The notes beneath the pieces were generated by a model, which worked only from the letters and a program-made list of their open reading frames with translations, did no database searches and was not told the DNA's origin. 64,000 bases of DNA. Source: Oopsacas minuta. Its lineage: Eukaryota; Animalia; Porifera. Numbering within the stretch: position 1 is the first letter of the stretch; the number at the start of each line of letters is the position of its first letter. Below, in pieces: positions 1 to 11,423 of this stretch. Where the stretch lies: the NCBI GenBank assembly GCA_024704765.1, contig JAKMXF010000277.1, positions 310,001 to 374,000 on the forward strand. The letters are read 5' to 3'. A program made the translations under genes and the position numbers.

Positions 1-214
1 CCCCCTCACTTCCGACGCCCCTAGGCTTAAGCCCCCAAGCCCCCTCCCTTGTCTACGGCCTTGGATATATATATATTAAACTAAGATATTTTCCTCTATC
101 ATCTGGATATTTGTAAATTGAATTCATAGAAAATATTTCCTGATGTGTGCTGCAAAAGAAAGTGCATTAGACACACGTATGGTAAAGATCTGAGATGTGA
201 GGAAGGCAGGAGAT

Positions 215-964
215 ATGTATTTTATCAGAGACGAGACCAGAACTGTTTCATTTACCCATCCGACTGGTGAATGTTGTGTCTGCTATGACGATAGTGGATT
301 AAAAATGCGCTGTGGACATTACATATGTCCAGATGATATCCTACTCAATACGTGGGAACAAATCCAACATCTAAAATTTGAAGTAAGTTGTCCAAGCTGC
401 CCTGCTATCATAAGTATTGAAGATATTATGAAATTTGGACTGCCAGATTGCGAGGAAAAGCAATTCATAGAAGCAGCGATTTCCGTCAATTTCTGTGAGA
501 GTCAAGACATACAACAGTGCCCGAATTGTCAGAGTTATTGTCAACGAAAGAAAACTGACACAGCTCAGGTACAGTGCACTATTTGTACCAAAAATATGAA
601 AAAGAGTTTCGAATTTTGCTGGTTTTGTCTGAGAGAATGGAATAACGCAGCTAACTATCAAATTTGTGGCAATTTGAACTGCAAAAGAGAAGAAATTCAG
701 AAACTACGAAATTCACCCAAAAAAGTATTCCGAGATGATGGAGGAAAAGTTCTATCTATTCCTATTCTAAGAGCATGTCCTAAGTGTTTTACTATAATTG
801 AACACACAAAGGGATGTAACGAAATGACTTGTAAAGTTTGCAAAACAGCATTCTGCTTCATCTGCTTAGCAAAGACAGAAGAAGGGAGTTTAGTTTGCAG
901 TGGGAGGACTTACACAGCCATAACATGTGTCGCTGCTCCTATTCAAACTAAATTGAGGTCGTAA
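215..964 (+). CDS. RBR (RING-IBR-RING) E3 ubiquitin ligase, intronless ORF
   Basis: Three Cys-rich modules: RING1-like CCVC...CGHYICPDD...CPSC (one Zn ligand Cys replaced by D), IBR CPNC...CTIC...CWFC, and RING2 CPKC...GCNEMTCKVC...CFIC with the catalytic Cys. First in-frame ATG is at 215; the ORF track uses GTG 197. Confidence 0.85.
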   Translation: MYFIRDETRTVSFTHPTGECCVCYDDSGLKMRCGHYICPDDILLNTWEQIQHLKFEVSCPSCPAIISIEDIMKFGLPDCEEKQFIEAAISVNFCESQDIQQCPNCQSYCQRKKTDTAQVQCTICTKNMKKSFEFCWFCLREWNNAANYQICGNLNCKREEIQKLRNSPKKVFRDDGGKVLSIPILRACPKCFTIIEHTKGCNEMTCKVCKTAFCFICLAKTEEGSLVCSGRTYTAITCVAAPIQTKLRS

Positions 965-1406
965 ATTTGAACTTTACATGTGTTTTGCTTTATTTAGCTT
1001 ACTAGAATTGAGATTATTTGTTTTGGTTAGTTTTGTAAAACTTCATAGTTTGTTATTATTTTAAAAGAAGTTCACGATCAATATTAGCCGATTGAAAGGG
1101 ACATTATTGCAAAATGGTTTTAACTGTTCCAGCTAATTTCAGGCTGTATTGTACTTTTAAATTAGATATGTATTAAATTTCATGTTTACTTTACTATGCT
1201 TTACTAGTGTATTAATTAATTAATGTCAACCCATATATCCTTTTGAGATATTTACAATATGTTGTTGTTTCCGCTACAAATCATACTTGTGCATAAGAGA
1301 ATTGAAATCGATTATATTTTATGTATATTAATATAGCTTTTTGTTGCAGAGTACTTGTAGCTATAGGTAATTTCCTCTACGTGGTTCAGTCACGGACATA
1401 TGCTCA

Positions 1407-3431
1407 ATGGCTGATGATGAACGTAGACACCAATATTTTCTGTCTCGAGCAACGAAGCGACTGAAACGAGATCTGAAATTAATCCTCACTGATCCTATTC
1501 CAGCTATCGATGTAGCACCGAATGAAGACGATATTCTAGACTGGCATTTCGCTATACACGGTAAGAATGACACTCCATACGAAAACGGTGTATACCATGG
1601 TAAGCTCGTGTTCCCTCCCAATTTTCCTTTTGGTCCACCTAAAATATTGTTCCTGACTCCAAACGGGAGATTTGAAGTGAACAAGAGGATTTGTTTCAGT
1701 CTGAGCGATTTCCACCCTGAAGAATGGAAGCCCGCATATTCAGTGACAGCTGTACTACGTGGTGTTTATGACTTTATGCATGAATCGACTGAAACTATTG
1801 GAAGCATTAATTCTAGTGTAAGTGCTAGAAAGCAATTAGCTCTTGACAGTAGAGAATATAATCTCAAAAATGATACATTTTGTAGACTGTTTCCTAATAT
1901 GATTCAAGATGATATGGGAAATGATGTAGATTCAGTTAGTCAAGACGAATCGAATCAAGGTAACAACGAGGTTGATTCGAGTGAGATTCCAGGGAGGATT
2001 GAAATGAATATAACACTAAAGACATATGCCATAACAAATCCTATTCCAGATCTTGGTACCAAAGTTCTACAGCATGAGACAACTGATACAATTGATTCTC
2101 ATCCTTCTACTCCTCAAAATCAAGATATTCTAGAAACAATTAATCCAAATTCAACTCCAGATCCTCAAAAACAGGAGGAAACTAGAATCATAAATTCCCC
2201 AGAAAACGAGATATCCAATCCTCCCCTGAACCCCGAGACTCCAAAGTCAGAAGATGGAATCAGATTCACAACTATATTTCCACCACCATTTAAGTCAGAT
2301 ATTAGCTCCGCCATTGAGCTTCAAGCAAGACAAACTCCTCCAATAAATGAACCAAATTCTCCAACACAGGATCAAGCTAATATTAATATTCACATCACAA
2401 ACGAAATAAATGAAGATCTGATTCCTCCAGAAAGATGTAATCCAAATTCTATTCTGAATCCTCAAAATCAAGAGGAAGCTAGAATCATAAATTCCCCAGA
2501 AAACGAGATATCCCGTCCTCCTCTAAACCCCGAGACTCCAAAGTCAGAAGATGGAATCAGATTCACAACTATATTTCCACCACCATTTAAGTCAGATATT
2601 AGATCCACCATTGAGCTTCAAGCAAGACAAACTCCTCCAATAAATGAAGATCTGATTCCTCTAGAAAGATGTAATTCTCCCTCAGTAAATAATGTGATGC
2701 CTCCAATGATAGACGAGAATATTCCTGCAGATAATGTAATCACTATACATACAGATACCGAGCTAAATGAAACTCTTACAAATGATACTCCTACACGACC
2801 ACCAGTTGGAATACCAATACCTCCTCCAGAAATGCCTTATAATACAGTTACATTACGAGAAGATTCTAATGCAGATCTCAATAGCTCCTTAATAGCTACA
2901 AGTTCAGGCAGTCCTATAGGTATTCCTGTACCTCAGCCTTCGATAAAGCTCCCAGCGCAAGAGCCTGTTCGCCCTGCTCGTCCATTCAAAATATCACCAA
3001 TATCACCTATACATTCTAGTTTATCACGAGAAAGGAATCCAAACTATAATCAACTTCCAGCATACGAAACACCACCACCCTATTCACCTAAACAAATTTC
3101 CAATACCTCTAAACAGCCGAATCCTTTAATGAATTATGCCATTGTTAATTCCCAGTATAATAATGCTGTTGTAATAGCGGATTCAGCTCGAGTACCAAAC
3201 AGAAAGAATCCTGCCAAAAGGCCAAGATCCATCCCCTTTATGTACAAAACGCAAAGTAGAAATCTTGGAGACATTGAAAAAGGAACTTTGCGGCAGGAGA
3301 GAAGTTACGAACTGCCAGAGATTAATCACCACGAAATTAACTGCTATTATATTACATTACTTGTAATAGTAATCATATCTGCTATTGGGCTTTTATATTT
3401 GCTTGCTATACTGACAATAAGCATTAATTAA
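1407..3431 (+). CDS. UBE2J/Ubc6-type ubiquitin-conjugating enzyme with long Pro-rich linker and C-terminal TM anchor (674 aa)
   Basis: N-terminal UBC fold with UBE2J-class signatures ATKRLKRD, WHFAIHG, FLTPNGRF and RIC(active Cys)FSLSDFHPEEW. Hydrophobic tail YITLLVIVIISAIGLLYLLAILTISIN at the C-terminus. Confidence 0.88.
   Translation: MADDERRHQYFLSRATKRLKRDLKLILTDPIPAIDVAPNEDDILDWHFAIHGKNDTPYENGVYHGKLVFPPNFPFGPPKILFLTPNGRFEVNKRICFSLSDFHPEEWKPAYSVTAVLRGVYDFMHESTETIGSINSSVSARKQLALDSREYNLKNDTFCRLFPNMIQDDMGNDVDSVSQDESNQGNNEVDSSEIPGRIEMNITLKTYAITNPIPDLGTKVLQHETTDTIDSHPSTPQNQDILETINPNSTPDPQKQEETRIINSPENEISNPPLNPETPKSEDGIRFTTIFPPPFKSDISSAIELQARQTPPINEPNSPTQDQANINIHITNEINEDLIPPERCNPNSILNPQNQEEARIINSPENEISRPPLNPETPKSEDGIRFTTIFPPPFKSDIRSTIELQARQTPPINEDLIPLERCNSPSVNNVMPPMIDENIPADNVITIHTDTELNETLTNDTPTRPPVGIPIPPPEMPYNTVTLREDSNADLNSSLIATSSGSPIGIPVPQPSIKLPAQEPVRPARPFKISPISPIHSSLSRERNPNYNQLPAYETPPPYSPKQISNTSKQPNPLMNYAIVNSQYNNAVVIADSARVPNRKNPAKRPRSIPFMYKTQSRNLGDIEKGTLRQERSYELPEINHHEINCYYITLLVIVIISAIGLLYLLAILTISIN
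2161..2680 (+). repeat. Internal coding duplication (period about 300 bp) in the E2 linker
   Basis: RIINSPENEIS.PPLNPETPKSEDGIRFTTIFPPPFKSDI.S.IELQARQTPPINE occurs twice (about 2161-2351 and 2459-2648) with near-identical DNA. INEDLIP.ERCN is also duplicated. Confidence 0.9.
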
Positions 3432-3456
3432 CTGAGTGACTTTTCTTTTAGTTATA

Positions 3457-3882
3457 TCTATATTATTAAATCTCAATGATTGTTTGTCCGTTGTCAAGGA
3501 AAGGATTTACGGTATGCAATTATGAAATTGTCGCATAACTATGTATTTATCGTGATTATACAGGAAGTAAATAGAATTCAATAAAACTTCACGAAATATA
3601 TCAAACATGCTGAATCTGATTTTCACACTTTTGGATTAATCATATGTAAATTTATTGTTGTTTTTATGAATAGAAAGTAAACAAATTTCAAAATTGAGGT
3701 AGACTCGTACTTTCAACGACTATACTGGTATACTCGAGTATGCTGAGTCTGATTATTGTAAACAACATCAATATTACTTAATCTCAATGATTGTTTGTCT
3801 GTTTGTTTGTTCGTTGAATACCTCGAGGCCGAATGCGCCGAGTTCATCGCGAAGCGACGAGCCAAAGGCTCGTTAGAGTGAA
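3457..3882 (+). repeat. Dispersed Helitron-like non-autonomous repeat family; other pieces near 6835-7135, 11200-11360, 50560-50810 and 56858-56980
   Basis: Shared blocks tctatattattaaatctcaatgattgtttg, gaatctgattttcacacttttggattaatc and the GC-rich 3' hairpin gcgaagcgacgagc.aaaggctcgttag. The Helitron assignment is inferred from the end architecture only. Confidence 0.55.
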
Positions 3883-4040
3883 TTTTAGAATATCTTTAGT
3901 GGAATATAGAAGATTTACACAATTTTTACAAAATACATAAATTCAGATCCTAATTACAAAATATATTACACATAACAATCATGAATATATTCTTACATCT
4001 CATTATAAATATGAGTACTAGCTTTAAATTCTACGATGGT

Positions 4041-5168
4041 CTAATCAAGTCCCATAAAATGTATACCTTTCTTAGATGCACGGATTTTAGTCATTCCAAA
4101 AGAGTCCGGTATTATGATAAGGAAGTGCTTGCTTTTGTTGCCAATTTGGGAGGTTAAATTTGTAAGTTGCATAGGTCGTTTAGATGCTAAAAAAAAACGC
4201 TCAATCTTATAATTTGTAATCCCTTGTATATTACAGTAGATCGGAAATAAACAATCATGAGAATACAAAATAGGATCATGCCCGGTAAAGAGGGATATAA
4301 ATCCAGATATTCTTTGTAATAAATCTTGATAAGTGTTGTATGGGAATAATCGTATTTCACAGTTAAAACTAAAATTCTGATCTCCACTATGATATCCAAT
4401 AGAGCACTGGTGTTGTGTAGCAGCTATAGGGACTTCAATCTTTAAATTTTTGAGATAAGTTCGTCTTTTGATTGGCACAGAACCTGGTGAGAGACCATTG
4501 AACCTTAACAACATATTCCAAGCCTTAGAATGTAACAACATACAATCATCTGGATTCTGGATTTGTCCATTTACATAGATATCAGATTGGTCGATGGGTA
4601 TGCTTGTTGGAAATTCCCAACTATCATTTGGCTGTGGATTGTTTAGATTTATAGAATTTTCAATTTCACTAAACCATTTCTTAGAAACTATAAACCATTC
4701 TTCATTAATCTGTGGTGAATAATTAAGAATTGGTTCCAGTTCCTTACTAAATTTAGATTTAGGCCAGAAAGGGATAATCTGAATAATATTCTCAAAATAA
4801 TCAAATTCAGGACAATTAATAGTTACATTTGATAACAGTTTCTGACATCGAGTTAAATCTAATATCTGTTTGTTCCAAACACATTTCTCCTGTTCCAAGA
4901 AGACTTGCATGCTGTTAGAGGTGAAATTATCCTCTATTGTTTCAATGGTATCGGTGAGTTGTTTAATATCAGCATTAACATGTAATAGCTCAGGTTTGTT
5001 AGTCTCCTCCAGCTGATTTAATTCTGACAATAATTCAAATTCTTTCTTATTTAATAACTGACGATAAATAGCAAAATTTGTCTTTATGAAAACTCTAGCA
5101 TCTGTGATAGAAAGACACTTATGATTGGCTGATTTGGGGTGTATTGTAGGAGGATTTGCAATCGCCAT
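4041..5168 (-). CDS. Coiled-coil plus DUSP-domain protein lacking a USP catalytic domain (375 aa)
   Basis: WFIVSKKWF...W...PIDQSDI...LLHSKAWNMLLRFNG...IKR matches the DUSP pattern of USP4/11/15. N-terminal heptad-like helix. No Cys-box or His-box. Confidence 0.65.
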   Translation of the reverse strand: MAIANPPTIHPKSANHKCLSITDARVFIKTNFAIYRQLLNKKEFELLSELNQLEETNKPELLHVNADIKQLTDTIETIEDNFTSNSMQVFLEQEKCVWNKQILDLTRCQKLLSNVTINCPEFDYFENIIQIIPFWPKSKFSKELEPILNYSPQINEEWFIVSKKWFSEIENSINLNNPQPNDSWEFPTSIPIDQSDIYVNGQIQNPDDCMLLHSKAWNMLLRFNGLSPGSVPIKRRTYLKNLKIEVPIAATQHQCSIGYHSGDQNFSFNCEIRLFPYNTYQDLLQRISGFISLFTGHDPILYSHDCLFPIYCNIQGITNYKIERFFLASKRPMQLTNLTSQIGNKSKHFLIIIPDSFGMTKIRASKKGIHFMGLD

Positions 5169-5299
5169 TTACCAAAAGCTAATTTGAAAATCCTTAAATG
5201 TATGAATTTAAGTGTAAGTTTTCAAATAAGGGAAATAAAGTCTCAAAATTGCCAACGTTGTAGAATTTACCAAGGTTTTGACTTTAACCAAATCTAATA

Positions 5300-5383
5300 C
5301 AGTCAACATCCGGTAACTCGAATGCCCATTAACTCGAACAGATTTTGATTTTCCCTGAGGGTTCGAGTTACCGGATGCTACTG
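5300..5383. mobile_element. Small Tc1/mariner-type MITE with TA TSD; similar CAGT-type MITEs near 6078-6237 and 15182-15329
   Basis: ta-cagtcaacatccggtaactcgaa ... ttcgagttaccggatgctactg-ta. Confidence 0.7.
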
Positions 5384-5851
5384 TAGTTCAAAATCGACTT
5401 CTGAATAGCAGCCTTACCGAACCACCTTTGCTTTAAGTAAATATTAATCATTTCGAAATTTCTCTGGCAAGTATATTTCACGACAACAACGTGAGTCTGT
5501 TCGCGAGTTTGCTGTTCGCTATGTATTCCCTCGATTATTCGTGGTTTTTGTCACGATTTATGTCAGTTTGGTAGAAAATTTTTTACTATGACGAAAATGT
5601 ATATTTCTCGATAAACACCCCCACTTACATGGACTATTTTCATTGAATTAACTTCTCGCTTGGCAATTTTGTCATTCGCGACAATTCTGAGGAAAGTAAC
5701 CCTTGCGAATTGCGAGAGCTTCCTGTAAACAAAATGTTACATAGATAAGATTCACGCAAAATAGCGATAAATGCAAGAATAATGAGAAATAAATATCTCA
5801 AATAATTCTCAAAAGAAACAAAGTACATAGAAAAATATGTATAATACAATT

Positions 5852-8800
5852 CTATAAATTACCGTCTTTCCCTCTAACAAGTAATTTCCTCAATTTCCAC
5901 ACATCAGTTAGAGATACTTCTATTCCTTTACCATGTCTCTTGATTGCTAGAGATTTTATCTCATCCTGTAGCATCTGTTGAGTTGTACCGTCTACTCTGA
6001 TGTAATAGCAGTCTGTGTTAGCAAAATGACCGCTTATAGCCTAGATTAGATACAGGTTATACAGTTGTACAGATTTACAGTGGAGCCTCGAAAATGCAAA
6101 CACCATTTGACGGGAAAAATTGTTCGTCTTAACGAGAGTAAACCAATTGGATTTACACTGTAGGGAATGAATTATGCACAAATATTTGTTCGTCTTATCC
6201 GGAAATTCGCATTAATGAATTAACGAAGTTTCGCTGCAGAAAGAATAGAAGCATTTCTAGGGAGGGAATATTGCCTATACTTCCAACCCAATTTTTTGCT
6301 CGTATTATACTCGTGAAATCTGATGCCACGTATAATTATATTTCGTAGAAGAATCACAGCAATTTGGAAGAAGAAGAAATCCCTTTACGTATATCATTGA
6401 TTATATGAACAAAAGAACCACTGCATTGGGACTTGGCTACTGGTTTATCGGGCCATTTGGACAAAAACAAGACCATGCAAATAATGTGGAAGCTCCGGTA
6501 AGCGAGACAACTACTATAATCCGCTGATTAATCGAGTAAAATGGACTGATACTAGAGTTACAGATCTAATATGAGGAAGTCTGACATTTCATCCATGGCA
6601 TTCCACTAATCCATAGTAAATCAAACACTAGCGGGGTGTTTCAAAATGACTGATTCAATATGTAAAGTGGTATTTGCCTAATAGGAAGGTTTTTAAGGAA
6701 CTTGAAGTTCATTTTGTACTGGAAATAATTCCTCTATTGCTGAGGCGTTATATCCAGTAGTATAAAGGGAAATTCGTGCAAAATACTTGTTAGTATGCGA
6801 ATTCCACTGTAGTATGTCTGGAAAGAAATGTCGATATCCGATTTTCACACTTTTGGATTAATCATATGTAAATTTATTGTTGTTTTTATGAATATAAAGT
6901 AAACAAATTAGCCAAATCTCAAAATTTACGTAGATACTTGCCCTCAACGGCTACAGGGGTTGCTCTTACAAGATAATTCAATAACATATATGCCATATAC
7001 GTATATTTGTGAATATAATTGTTCTAAATATATCTATATTATAATATTCAAAAGGGCCGTCAATTTGGAGAATAATGGATACCTCGAGGCGCAATGCGCG
7101 GAATTCAAAGCAAAGCGACGAGCTAAAGGCTCGTATTATTCTATAATATAATATAACCTTCCTGAATCCATCAGTCTTATTAGTACCAGATCCGTGTATA
7201 ATGAGCGGATGGAAGAACACAGTATCTCCTGCATTCATCTCTAAATGTACCAATTTACTGTAGTACTTGTCTACTTCCTCATCTGGTATACCATAATACA
7301 TCTTATTAACTCCACCTGACCAGTTGGGATAGTTATGTGGGTATAAATGGTTGGGTTTGTGACTACCTGGTACTACCACTAGACAGCCGTTGCCTCTGTG
7401 TACCTAGTAACAACGATGGGTATATGGAATGTAGAAAAAGGTAATCTTCCACTAATGTATTTATTTCCTAATTAAATTAACGTAAAATTGGGTGTGTTTT
7501 GGTTTTGGTTTTGATAAGATTCTGGTTCCAGCCATTCTATTAGTTGTATAGGCGGGCCATCCAACTCGTCCATATTTTTGGCCAACTCGTGCCTAATTTT
7601 GGGACCAATCGTCTTTATTTTTAGTCAACTCGTACCATTTACACCCCTCGATGTTCAGTTGACTTAGTACGAGTTAGTAATTGGAACGAGTTAGTAATTG
7701 GAACGAGTTGATGTATGGTACGAGTTGACTGGCAATCGCTATGTATACTAAGTACTAACCCATTGCATAGCAGTCCAACTAGCTACAATCTTATTAGCCG
7801 GTCTGAAAGAGAAATAATGCAGATCCTGATGTAGAGGATGTCTAGATGATTTGGTGCCAGGATCAGGAGGCTTGTTGATTAGCATTGAATGCATAGCTGC
7901 TATATTATCACCTATAATACTCTCAACACAGTCTAATACTTGTGGAGTACGTAGATACTGTGATAGTATTGGATCTGATTGAAAGCCTTGTACCTTGTTA
8001 ACTGTTTGGAGTGTCTAGAGAGAATTGAATTTAGATGTACCATCCATGGTATATGCTGTAAGACAGGAATGTGAAAAATTATTATGACAAAACGATTAAT
8101 CATATGATAAATTTGTAGTACTACATAGCCAATGGGGACAGGTAGGGCATGACCCACTTCAATTACTGTGATCCTACCAGATATTCGCCTATATCTACGC
8201 GTCATTAAGACTGCTAATAGAATAAGTATTCTCAAGCGGACAAACTTGGGTGGCTTCATAGTCCATAAATTTAGTATTGATCAACCTGACCAATTCAAAT
8301 CTGCTAGCTACTGCCTTTATAAACATCCTGCCGGTAAATATTACCGCACTAGGCAAACGCCTAATTCGCCTTATAGTATAGCTGGTGTACGTGTAAGAGC
8401 CCAGGTTACATCCTGTTATGTAATATACTCCCAGTATGAAGTAGCTAGCTTAGAACATACAGCTTTAAAGACACTGGCTGTCTGGCATGCTAGGGGAGAG
8501 GGTTGAGTCCCCTGCATAGCTATCAACTTTATAAAAATCTATCTGTGAGATTTTAAGATATAGTAGAACTCGGCTTAAGACGTACTAATTTTGGTTTCCT
8601 TAGGGTATGTCTTATCCGAGTCTATTGTATGTTGATTTTGTCAGTTTTTGTAATAGAATAGATGGCTAATCGATATCTACCCGCCATAATGGCATAATAT
8701 TGTTCATTTCGCTATGAATCATTGTAAAAACTTCAATTTCCAGTGAAAATGTTAAAAGTGAGATTGTGTTCAAACCCGTGAGACTGACAACTATTCCCCT

Positions 8801-9311
8801 GCCTAGGTTACAACTCTATAGAGCAATGCATATATATTTTTTGTACCCCTTCGCATCAATAATGCGTTAGCCTTCCCTGGATCGTTCAAGTTGTTAGGAG
8901 GCCAGAGGTTCGGCGAAATTTCTAGTGGGGACATATCATGGGCTGCTACACCGGGCCTTTCTTACTTAGCGAACTGCTGTACTATGATTGATTGATCACC
9001 TGAGAATCTTTGACTTGAGAAACATCCTTCATAACAATAAGTTCTGAATTGTCAACATCACCATTAACAATCTGATCAAACCTCGTAGCGTATTTCTCCA
9101 GGTCATCAACAGGAACAAGTCCCTTCACCACTACATAACCTTGTTCCTCGTAAACACTCCTTTCTGCTAGAGATAGAGACCCAGATCCCTGTGTGTATTG
9201 AAATGGGGAATTGAATGAAAGGGAAGCGGGTGTATGAGACAGAGAGGGAGTGAGGTGATGATATAGAGTCTCCAGTCTACGTTCTATCTTAGATGTATCT
9301 GAACTAGCCAT
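5852..9311 (-). CDS. PHYH: Phytanoyl-CoA dioxygenase, 4 exons, 333 aa
   Basis: Exons 9311-9000, 8014-7760, 7403-7158 and 6040-5852; all introns GT-AG, phase 0. Motifs [18 protein letters not shown] (HxD), [17 protein letters not shown]-terminal PTS2 RL-ETLYH-HL. Confidence 0.95.
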
Positions 9312-9807
9312 TCTCTAATAGAAGTAGCGATAAATATTCCTTAATCATAATACAACAGAAGTATTAACAACAAAAATGCCTTCCCTATTTCACGAAACGT
9401 AACGGAATGGACGAGTTTTCCCTTCCACTTTCCCAAAAATATATTTAGCTGTAAATTTATGTAGTATACGTACATGGACATATGAGACGGTTCAGTTGGT
9501 CAGGTTTTAACTGAACAAACATTTGTAATGCTAATACAAATAGTATTAGTCAACCAGTATGGTACAAAATAAACATAAATGATGAATTAACCCTCTATTT
9601 CCCCGTGTATCTTATTACATAATTCACTTATCGCGCAAGATACCCACGAGACTAATTTTCATGTAATTCAAGTTATCTTCAAATCTAAAAATAGTCACTA
9701 ATTATCCATCCTAAGTGAATTCAGTATCTATAAAGATGAACTGAATAATACTAAGCTAATAATTATAGCAGAAATTCCAAGTGAACAAATTGTGTAAGTT
9801 GTGATAA

Positions 9808-10818
9808 ATGAGGTTAACTGTGTTGCTTTTTGCTTGTGGGCTGCTGGTTGTCAACGCTGCTAACATCAATCTTGATTCATATCCATTCGAAGAAGAAATA
9901 ACCAAGGTGAACTCGTTGCCTAATGTTACCTGGACAGCTGGCAGACAAGCACGATTCGAAGGTATGACAGAGGAGGATGTTATGGCTCTATGTGGCGTGT
10001 TAGACGAGACATACAACTCACTCCCTATTTTAGATACCCCAGTGTTGGAAGATATTCCTACTGAATTTGATTCTCGCACTAGATGGCCGCAATGCTCTTC
10101 TATTGGTGATATACAAGATCAGAGCAATTGTGGATCATGTTGGGCTGTAGCAGCAGCAGAAGCAATGACAGATCGATACTGCATAGACTTGAATATGACA
10201 GTTAAAGTATCTGCAGCCGATTTGATGGAGTGTTGTGATACATGTGGTAATGGTTGTGAAGGAGGATTTCCTGGCAGTGCTTGGACATATTGGGTGATTG
10301 ATTGTATTTGTACTGGGGGAAAATATGAAGAATCTGTCAACAAATCCGACACCTGCAAACCGTATCCACTCAGAAGCTGTGAACACCATATCGTTGGTAA
10401 AGAGCCACCGTGTTCCAAGAAAATAGCCAAAACACCAGATTGCGTGAAAGCCTGTCACGCGGGATATACGATACCTTATGAACAAGACTTGCATTGCGGT
10501 TTAACAGCCTACACAATGAGTGGAGAAAGTAAGATACAGACGGAAATCATGACTAAAGGACCTGTAGAAGCAGCTTTTACTGTCTATGCTGATTTTCCAG
10601 CTTACAAGAGTGGTGTCTATCACAGAACCACTTTCCGCCAGTTAGGTGGACATGCAGTCAAGATCATAGGTTGGGGTGTGGAAGATGGTACGCCATATTG
10701 GACAGTAGCTAACTCCTGGAATGCTGATTGGGGTGACAAGGGCTTCTTCAAGATCAGGAGAGGACATGATGAATGTGGAATCGAGAGGGCCATATCGGTC
10801 GGGATGCCTAAAAACTAG
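9808..10818 (+). CDS. CTSB: Cathepsin B, intronless, 336 aa
   Basis: Signal peptide, propeptide, QSNCGSCWA (catalytic Cys), occluding loop CEHH, GGHAVK (His) and ANSW (Asn). Confidence 0.95.
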   Translation: MRLTVLLFACGLLVVNAANINLDSYPFEEEITKVNSLPNVTWTAGRQARFEGMTEEDVMALCGVLDETYNSLPILDTPVLEDIPTEFDSRTRWPQCSSIGDIQDQSNCGSCWAVAAAEAMTDRYCIDLNMTVKVSAADLMECCDTCGNGCEGGFPGSAWTYWVIDCICTGGKYEESVNKSDTCKPYPLRSCEHHIVGKEPPCSKKIAKTPDCVKACHAGYTIPYEQDLHCGLTAYTMSGESKIQTEIMTKGPVEAAFTVYADFPAYKSGVYHRTTFRQLGGHAVKIIGWGVEDGTPYWTVANSWNADWGDKGFFKIRRGHDECGIERAISVGMPKN

Positions 10819-11423
10819 TCTAGATAGCAAGCAAACTACTCTCCTCTTTTGTATTACTCTTTGTTTTATCAATAATAAATTAAGGTTGCGTGTTCTTTCA
10901 GTCGTACTGAATGACTAGGACTCTAGGAGCAATATAAAGCGGGATTTCTAATCAATTATATTAACGAAAATGAAAACAATCTGCTATTCAGAACAATGAA
11001 GTATATCCAGTAATACTTCATTGTTCCGATTGCCGAGTACAAGTCTTCGATAGGCTTCCAGACCTGGAACAGCGCACCCGCGCCAAGCGAGCTCATTTCC
11101 GCTACGCTCGTTCTCGAATTACATTCTTTCTTTTACTGCAGCTCCTATGGGCCCTAACAGCATTGAGGATAGTGTGACGTCTGCCAATTCTGAGATGTCG
11201 CATAACTATGTATTTATTATTGTTTATTGTGTTTATCAAAAACAGAATTCAATAAAACTCGACTAAATACATCAAATATGCTGAATCTGATTTCACACAA
11301 TTGTATTAATGATATGTACATGTATTAGCTCTTTTCATGAATATAAAAACAAAAGCTGCTCGTATACTAGTAATAAACAATCCATATAGAAAACAATATA
11401 ATTCGAGCACAAAAATCTGACAA

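Noticed and set aside
6960-7151. Repeated small ORF (also 50542-50811) as a peptide gene family
   Set aside because: Lies within the dispersed Helitron-like repeat, with non-ATG starts and no protein features.
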